Below, piece after piece: positions 58,823 to 64,000 of a stretch of DNA of 64,000 nucleotides. Both the position numbers and the translations under genes were made by a program. Below the pieces are notes generated by a model. The model was not told where the DNA came from. It was given only the letters and a program-made list of their open reading frames with translations, and made no database searches. Each line of letters starts with the position of its first letter. Position 1 is the first letter of the stretch. The stretch is from Candidatus Omnitrophota bacterium (GTDB taxonomy: Bacteria > Ratteibacteria > UBA8468 > MWAK01): NCBI GenBank assembly GCA_043826355.1, contig JBDRQI010000030.1, positions 1-64,000 on the forward strand. Reading direction: 5' to 3'.

Positions 58823-58870
58823 CAACACGTGAAACTTTTTCTCTGTGAGGAGAACTAAGGCGGGGGGATT

Positions 58871-59821
58871 ATGGATTTGATGAAAACATTGAAGGGCTCT
58901 TTGCTGGAAAATTTTTTTCCGACTGGTTGGGACCTGGTTAAGATTGACCGGTGCTGTAGCAATCCGGCGAAGGCGGTTTGTGACCGGCAGCCCTGGTGGA
59001 ACAAGAATTTTGTTCCAGTTCCCTGCATATCCCTGGAAGAATTTGATATTAAGATGGGCCATGAGATTGCAACGGAAATCTGCGCGGCAAGGGAAGAAAA
59101 GAAAAAACTAATCCTGATTCTACCGGTCGGGCCGATGGGGATGTATAAGTGGGCTGTCTATTTTCTGAAGGAATGGAATGTTGATTGCCGGCATGTGTAC
59201 GGTTTCAATATGGATGAGTGGAGCGACCGGAATGGAAGGACCCTTCCTTCGGATAATCCCGGCGCTTTTCAGAATGCGATGGAAGGCGCTTTCTATGGTC
59301 CGCTCGGGTCTTTGACTGTGCCGGTCAACCAGCGTCATTTCGCAACCCCAAAACTGCTTACCGCTTATCCGAAAGAAATTGAAAAACTGCGGAAGGAAGG
59401 AGCAAAGATGGTGTTGATATTCGGCGTCGGCCGGGTTTTTCACATCGCTTTCTGGGAGCCGCATTTCGCCGCGGAATTTTCCAGTGTGGCGGAATGGAAA
59501 AAACAACCCTACCGTTTAGGGGCAAAGTTGCATCCGCTTACCGTTGAACAGAATGCGATTACCAGTTTTAAAAGCCGGACCACCCTGGTGCCCTGTTTTG
59601 CCAACACCATCGGCCCGGGGATATTTCTCAAAGCGGATAAAATTATCGGCGGTTGCGACGGAAGTCTTGGTCGGGGAATGATGTGGCAGGGGATGAGTCT
59701 TTGGGTAACCCTGCGTTACGGACCCGATATGTGGGTCCCAAGCAGTTTTATGCCAACCCTGCCCGGCCGGTTATTTTTTCTGCAAGAACTGGCCGGACCG
59801 CTGGCCGCGGATTGTAACTAA
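58871..59821 (+). CDS. Glucosamine-6-phosphate isomerase/deaminase-like (NagB fold)
   Basis: LPVGP, FNMDEW, G.GR..HIAFWE. Confidence 0.8.
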   Translation: MDLMKTLKGSLLENFFPTGWDLVKIDRCCSNPAKAVCDRQPWWNKNFVPVPCISLEEFDIKMGHEIATEICAAREEKKKLILILPVGPMGMYKWAVYFLKEWNVDCRHVYGFNMDEWSDRNGRTLPSDNPGAFQNAMEGAFYGPLGSLTVPVNQRHFATPKLLTAYPKEIEKLRKEGAKMVLIFGVGRVFHIAFWEPHFAAEFSSVAEWKKQPYRLGAKLHPLTVEQNAITSFKSRTTLVPCFANTIGPGIFLKADKIIGGCDGSLGRGMMWQGMSLWVTLRYGPDMWVPSSFMPTLPGRLFFLQELAGPLAADCN

Positions 59822-59833
59822 CGGAGGACAAAA

Positions 59834-60538
59834 ATGAGAATATTGGCGGTGGGTGCCCATCCTGACGATATTGAATTTCTTTGTGCCGGCACACTCCTGA
59901 AGTTTCGCAAACGGGGTGACGAAATATTTACCGCCGTTTTATGCAACGGAGATAAGGGACACTATGAGATTGGCCCGGAAGAGTTGGCCCGTATCCGGCG
60001 CCTGGAGGCGGAAGCGGCGGCAAAATCGGAAAGAGCATCCCTGGTTAGCGTCGGCGCTTTTCCGGACCTGGAGGTTTATGCCGACAGTGAGAGCCGCCGG
60101 AAGGTGGTGGAAATAGTTCGGCAGGCAAAACCGGACCTAATTTTAACCCATTATCCGGATGATTATATGTGCGACCACTCCACGACCGGACGGTTGGTGA
60201 TAGACGCCTCTTTTGTAGCTTCGCTGCCCAATTACCATACGGAAAATCCGCACACCACATCAATTCCGCCGCTCTATTTTATGGATGCATTAGCCGCAGT
60301 CAACTTTCAACCGACCGATTACGTGGATATTTCGGAATTTATTGAAGAGAAAGGGAAGGCGCTTTTATGTCATCAGAGTCAGTACCAATGGCTGTTGGAC
60401 CACGATGGTGTTGACTACGTAGAATTTATGAAAAAACACAGCGCTTTTCGGGGTATCCAGTGCGGCGTTAAATACGCGGAGGCGTTTCGGCGCTACGCGG
60501 TCTGGGGTCGAATACGACCCGGCTGTTGGTTACCGTAA
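59834..60538 (+). CDS. PIG-L/LmbE family deacetylase
   Basis: GAHPDDIE, R..EA, DY..DH, HQSQ, YAEAF. Confidence 0.9.
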   Translation: MRILAVGAHPDDIEFLCAGTLLKFRKRGDEIFTAVLCNGDKGHYEIGPEELARIRRLEAEAAAKSERASLVSVGAFPDLEVYADSESRRKVVEIVRQAKPDLILTHYPDDYMCDHSTTGRLVIDASFVASLPNYHTENPHTTSIPPLYFMDALAAVNFQPTDYVDISEFIEEKGKALLCHQSQYQWLLDHDGVDYVEFMKKHSAFRGIQCGVKYAEAFRRYAVWGRIRPGCWLP

Positions 60539-60541
60539 CTA

Positions 60542-62176
60542 TTACTTCCTGGCCGGGGGAGGAATAAGTGGGATTCCCTGCGGTCCGGGCATAAGAGGCG
60601 TTCCCATTTCTCCAGGGAATACTGGTGCCTGTAATTCCGCCAATTTACTTTCAGCTTCTTTTCGGAACGTAGCTTCCGGATGGAGTTCCAGGGCGGACCG
60701 CAAGAGATTAACGGCTTCCTCTTTTTTGTTTTCCTTCAATAAAACCAGCGCCTGGTCGTAATTAAAACGGGCTTGAAGTTTCTTGATTTCCTCAACGTAA
60801 GGTGCATCCGGGTTTTCCTTCAAGGCGGTTTGAATTAAAGGGATTGCTTCTGTTATTTTTCCTTCTTTTGCCAGCGCGGAGCCCTTCTGATAGGCCTGGG
60901 CAGAATTGGCGACACGCGCTTCCAGATTTTTGACCGCTCCCAGGGCTGCTTCTCTGACCTTTTTTTCCTGGTCGTTTTTGGAAAGATAAGTCAGAAATGG
61001 TTTTTGGTTTGCTCCGGCGCAGATACCTAATACTTCCACAATCTCAACCCTTAAACTGATTTCGTCCTTTTGCGACCAGCCTTCGGCTTCCGCAGTTTGT
61101 TCTTTAAGGATGGGTGTGATTAAAGGAAGGCCTCCCGGTATCGGCGGGCCTGCCATGACAGGTTGTCGCTGCGGCGGTTGGTTGAGAGAAGACCCGGTTA
61201 CGGCATCATCCGGATAATTCTCTTTCAGCCGGTTTACCATCAACGGAACCCCGGTTGCATCTTTCAATATTCCCAGAGCCAAAGCCATGGCTATTTTCCT
61301 CTCTCCGGTGGCCTGTAGATATGCCGGACGGATAATACCGGCAAACTCTTCCTTGCCTTTTTCCCGCACCAGTTCAACCACGTTCTGATTCGATAATCCG
61401 CCGGGAAAAACTCCGGCCCAGGCGGAAAGAATCGCCTTTAAACTTTCCGATGTGTTGATGGTTTTCAGAGCTTTGATTGCCGCCTGTTTTCCTTCGGTTG
61501 GAAAATCCGTTGCTTCCAGAGCCTCCCGTAAGAACGGAACGGCGGAGGGAAGGGCAATTTCACCCAACGATTCTACGGCTGCCACCCATATTTCCGGTAG
61601 TTCCCCGCTTTTTTGTGTAACTTCTCCGAGCGCTTTCACCGCTTCTTCTTCGGGGAAAAATCCCAACCACTTTGCCGCTGCAATTCTTTTGTTGGTTGGT
61701 CCGAACCGGAGGTCTTCCACCAACTCCGGAAGAGTGGCGTTTGGTTTTTCGGAGAGTTTGGTTATCCGGGACGTTTTTTCCCCCTCTTCCGTTTCTTTCT
61801 CCCCGGGTCCAACCAAAAAAATCCCGGCGGCTTTAAGATTTTTGATATCCTGCTCCGCTTTTTTGGCAACGTCGCTGTCCGGCGCAAGCTCCAGCACCTT
61901 CTGTAATTTTTCCGAAACCTTTTTATACTGTTTCTGCTGCCAGTAGATTATACCCAGATTATAGCAGGCCTCAGCATAGTCGGGCTTGATTTCAATCGCT
62001 TTTTCAAAGGCCGTTATCGCCTCGTTGTAATTCTGCGCTTCATACAATTCAACTCCTTGGTTGAAATAATCTTCCGCCTTTGGCGAAACGAATTCGGCGC
62101 CGGTTTGCTGTCCAAAGGCAGGCAAAGTAATGGCGAGAAAAATAATCGGTCCCACCCACATCGTCAGTCGTTTCAT
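60542..62176 (-). CDS. Secreted TPR + HEAT repeat protein
   Basis: Signal peptide, TPRs (YAEACYNLG), HEAT repeats, Pro-rich linkers. Confidence 0.85.
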   Translation of the reverse strand: MKRLTMWVGPIIFLAITLPAFGQQTGAEFVSPKAEDYFNQGVELYEAQNYNEAITAFEKAIEIKPDYAEACYNLGIIYWQQKQYKKVSEKLQKVLELAPDSDVAKKAEQDIKNLKAAGIFLVGPGEKETEEGEKTSRITKLSEKPNATLPELVEDLRFGPTNKRIAAAKWLGFFPEEEAVKALGEVTQKSGELPEIWVAAVESLGEIALPSAVPFLREALEATDFPTEGKQAAIKALKTINTSESLKAILSAWAGVFPGGLSNQNVVELVREKGKEEFAGIIRPAYLQATGERKIAMALALGILKDATGVPLMVNRLKENYPDDAVTGSSLNQPPQRQPVMAGPPIPGGLPLITPILKEQTAEAEGWSQKDEISLRVEIVEVLGICAGANQKPFLTYLSKNDQEKKVREAALGAVKNLEARVANSAQAYQKGSALAKEGKITEAIPLIQTALKENPDAPYVEEIKKLQARFNYDQALVLLKENKKEEAVNLLRSALELHPEATFRKEAESKLAELQAPVFPGEMGTPLMPGPQGIPLIPPPARK

Positions 62177-62184
62177 ATTTGCCT

Positions 62185-62508
62185 CTATTGTTTTAAATAA
62201 TTTTCCAGCAATCGGACGAGTTGCTCCCTGGGAATTACGCCGACCAGTCGTTCTTTTTCCTGGCCGTTGACGAAGAGAATCAGGGTAGGGATGCTCATTA
62301 CTCCAAATTTACCGGCCAGATTGGGGTTTTCGTCCACGTTCACCTTGCCTATTCTGGCCCGGCCTTCAAAATCCCGGGCAAGTTGTTTCAGGGTTGGGCC
62401 CAGCATCTGGCAGGGTCCGCACCATTGAGCCCAGAAGTCAACCAAAAACGGGAGGGTGTTTGTCATTATTTCCTGGTCAAAATTAGTTTCGTTTAATATT
62501 GTTTCCAT
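62185..62508 (-). CDS. trxA: Thioredoxin
   Basis: DFWAQWCGPC, SIPT. Confidence 0.95.
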   Translation of the reverse strand: METILNETNFDQEIMTNTLPFLVDFWAQWCGPCQMLGPTLKQLARDFEGRARIGKVNVDENPNLAGKFGVMSIPTLILFVNGQEKERLVGVIPREQLVRLLENYLKQ

Positions 62509-63325
62509 CTGCCCTCCCGGTTGTTAGTTTATTGAAAGCCGTTTTAATTTCCTGCAGGGTTTTGTTCAGGTCGCCGCGGCCCCGCGTTTCAAAAGTTAAA
62601 AATGCCGGTCTTTTTCTGTCCAGGGCTTTCTTTCTGAAGTCGGGCCAGTCTATGGTTCCTTCAAATGGAACCAGGTGCCGGTCGACGGAATCGCAGGTGT
62701 CGGAAAGATGAAAAGAAATAATTTTATCCTTCAGTGTTTTCAGGACTGCTTCCAGAACGCCGGAAATGTGGGCGTGGCCCGTATCCAGGCAAATGCCGGT
62801 GTTGGGCAGTCCTTCAATCAGGAAAGAAAGGTCGGATGGATGCCAGCCGACCAGTCCGGGCAACATGTTTTCGGCTGCCAGGCATAACTTGTTTTCCAAT
62901 AGGGCCTGGTCCAGTTCAACCAGGCTTTTCCGGCTCTGGACTAATCTCAGCTTTTCTTCTTCGTTCCGGGATAATATCCCGCCGGGATGGATGATTACGG
63001 TTTCCGCTCCGGGCAGCCGGCGGAAAACGGAAACAGCCGTTTTTATTTCATTTACCGCTTCTTTTCGTAAACTCTCGTCAAGCGAGGAAATATCCAGAAT
63101 TTCGCTGAACGGCGCGTGCATGGTCCTGATTTTTATACCGAATTTTTCTAATTTGTCGGTAAGGCGGTTTGCGTAACCGTTTTCCCGATAGGGGAAGTGG
63201 TCTTCATTTCCAAAGTTAAACGCTCCCCACGCCTCCAGGTTTTTAATTGCGCTGTCGGCGAAGACCGGCAGCGCATCAAGAACGCTTTCTTTATTGCAGA
63301 TGAACGTGGAAACGCATATTTCCAT
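62483..63325 (-). CDS. Sugar-phosphate isomerase/epimerase (xylose isomerase-like TIM barrel)
   Basis: HAPF, HPG, ENM, CLDTGH, HLSD..D.H..P..G.IDW, E. Confidence 0.85.
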   Translation of the reverse strand: MEICVSTFICNKESVLDALPVFADSAIKNLEAWGAFNFGNEDHFPYRENGYANRLTDKLEKFGIKIRTMHAPFSEILDISSLDESLRKEAVNEIKTAVSVFRRLPGAETVIIHPGGILSRNEEEKLRLVQSRKSLVELDQALLENKLCLAAENMLPGLVGWHPSDLSFLIEGLPNTGICLDTGHAHISGVLEAVLKTLKDKIISFHLSDTCDSVDRHLVPFEGTIDWPDFRKKALDRKRPAFLTFETRGRGDLNKTLQEIKTAFNKLTTGRADGNNIKRN

Positions 63326-63853
63326 TTAAGGCGATTCGTTCGCGACCCCTAAGTAAGGCTCAACCATCTTCAGGAGTTCTTGCCGGTCTATGCCTCCGAT
63401 GCGCATATCCCGGATTATACCTTTGCGGTCTATTACAAAGGTGGTTGGGATTGACCTTACCCTTCCGTAGAGAGAAGAGACCCGACCCCCCTTGTCGTTG
63501 GCAACTGGATAATTAATCCGGTTTATCTTGCTGAATTCCTGCAAAGCGGCGTCTTTATCATTTACCCCTATCCCGATTATCACAACGCCCTTTTTTTCAA
63601 AATCACGGTAAAACTGGATAAATTCCGGAATTTCAGCCCGGCAGGGCGGGCACCACGTTGCCCAGAAGTTAAGGACGACCACTTTTCCTTTGAGAGCATC
63701 AAGGGAAATGGTTTTTTTGTCCAGCGAGATTATGGTAAAATTTTTTGCTTGGTTGCCGATCAAGCTGCCTTGAGCCGGCCGGAGCCCCGACATGAAAAAT
63801 GAACCAAGTATGACTAAGATAAAGATGCCCAGACCAATGAATTTCTTTTTCAT
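63326..63853 (-). CDS. TlpA/ResA-like thiol-disulfide oxidoreductase
   Basis: N-terminal TM, NFWATWCPPC, SIPTTFVID. Confidence 0.92.
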   Translation of the reverse strand: MKKKFIGLGIFILVILGSFFMSGLRPAQGSLIGNQAKNFTIISLDKKTISLDALKGKVVVLNFWATWCPPCRAEIPEFIQFYRDFEKKGVVIIGIGVNDKDAALQEFSKINRINYPVANDKGGRVSSLYGRVRSIPTTFVIDRKGIIRDMRIGGIDRQELLKMVEPYLGVANESP

Positions 63854-63868
63854 TTCAGCCTCCAATGT

Positions 63869-64000
63869 TTACCGTCCGCGTATCTGTACTTCCCGGAAGA
63901 AATGCTCCATCCTTTCCCGCAGTGCTTCCAGCCGTTCTTTCTCCCAGGATTTTTTAGCGGCAAATTCCGGGTTCAGGGTTGGGGCGGGAAAGAAATTTTG
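63869..64000 (-). CDS. C-terminus of a truncated ORF, possibly a radical SAM activating enzyme
   Basis: QNFFPAPTLNP...VQIRGR*; only 43 codons visible. Confidence 0.4.
   Translation of the reverse strand, partial: QNFFPAPTLNPEFAAKKSWEKERLEALRERMEHFFREVQIRGR

Noticed and set aside
408..63176. Numerous overlapping antisense/alternate-frame ORFs in the ORF track
   Set aside because: Shadows of well-supported genes, with no motifs or RBS

Overview
Bacterial chromosomal window in two parts. (1) Positions 1 to ~17945 are the right-hand part of an integrated mobile element; its left end is outside the window. It sits inside a comM/yifB gene, whose 3' remnant restarts at the CPCG motif at 17946. It encodes a Cas4/RecB-like nuclease, a type I CBASS (CdnE-like CD-NTase + Cap15), an unannotated candidate defence pair (small predicted nuclease + 1014-aa helical protein) joined by an in-phase A_AAA_AAG -1 slippery site, a large serine recombinase with a tRNA-3'-end-like sequence in its own C-terminus, a wHTH Rep-like protein, XRE regulators, a probably inactive RuvC-fold protein downstream of a long structured leader, a type IV pilin-like adhesin and a VirD4/TraD-like ATPase with a nuclease-like tail. 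Several of these genes resemble Patescibacteria (CPR) families, whereas the host does not. (2) Positions ~18500-64000 are host chromosome of a probably anaerobic, possibly PVC-like bacterium (inference): GAF histidine kinase, GT-C/GT2 glycosyltransferases, nusB, RACo-like ASKHA protein, queF, asd, truA, murB-ddl-ftsQ-ftsA-ftsZ, coaB, ahcY, a methyltransferase-rich wzx polysaccharide locus, an amino-sugar-type enzyme cluster, a TPR/HEAT protein, thioredoxin and TlpA. The host part carries several REP/MITE families. Some copies are translated in frame inside proteins, and one family supplies the start codons of asd and truA. There are also two tiny unannotated Lys/Ala-rich ORFs with perfect RBSs. 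All family calls are by motif recognition; no database searches were run.
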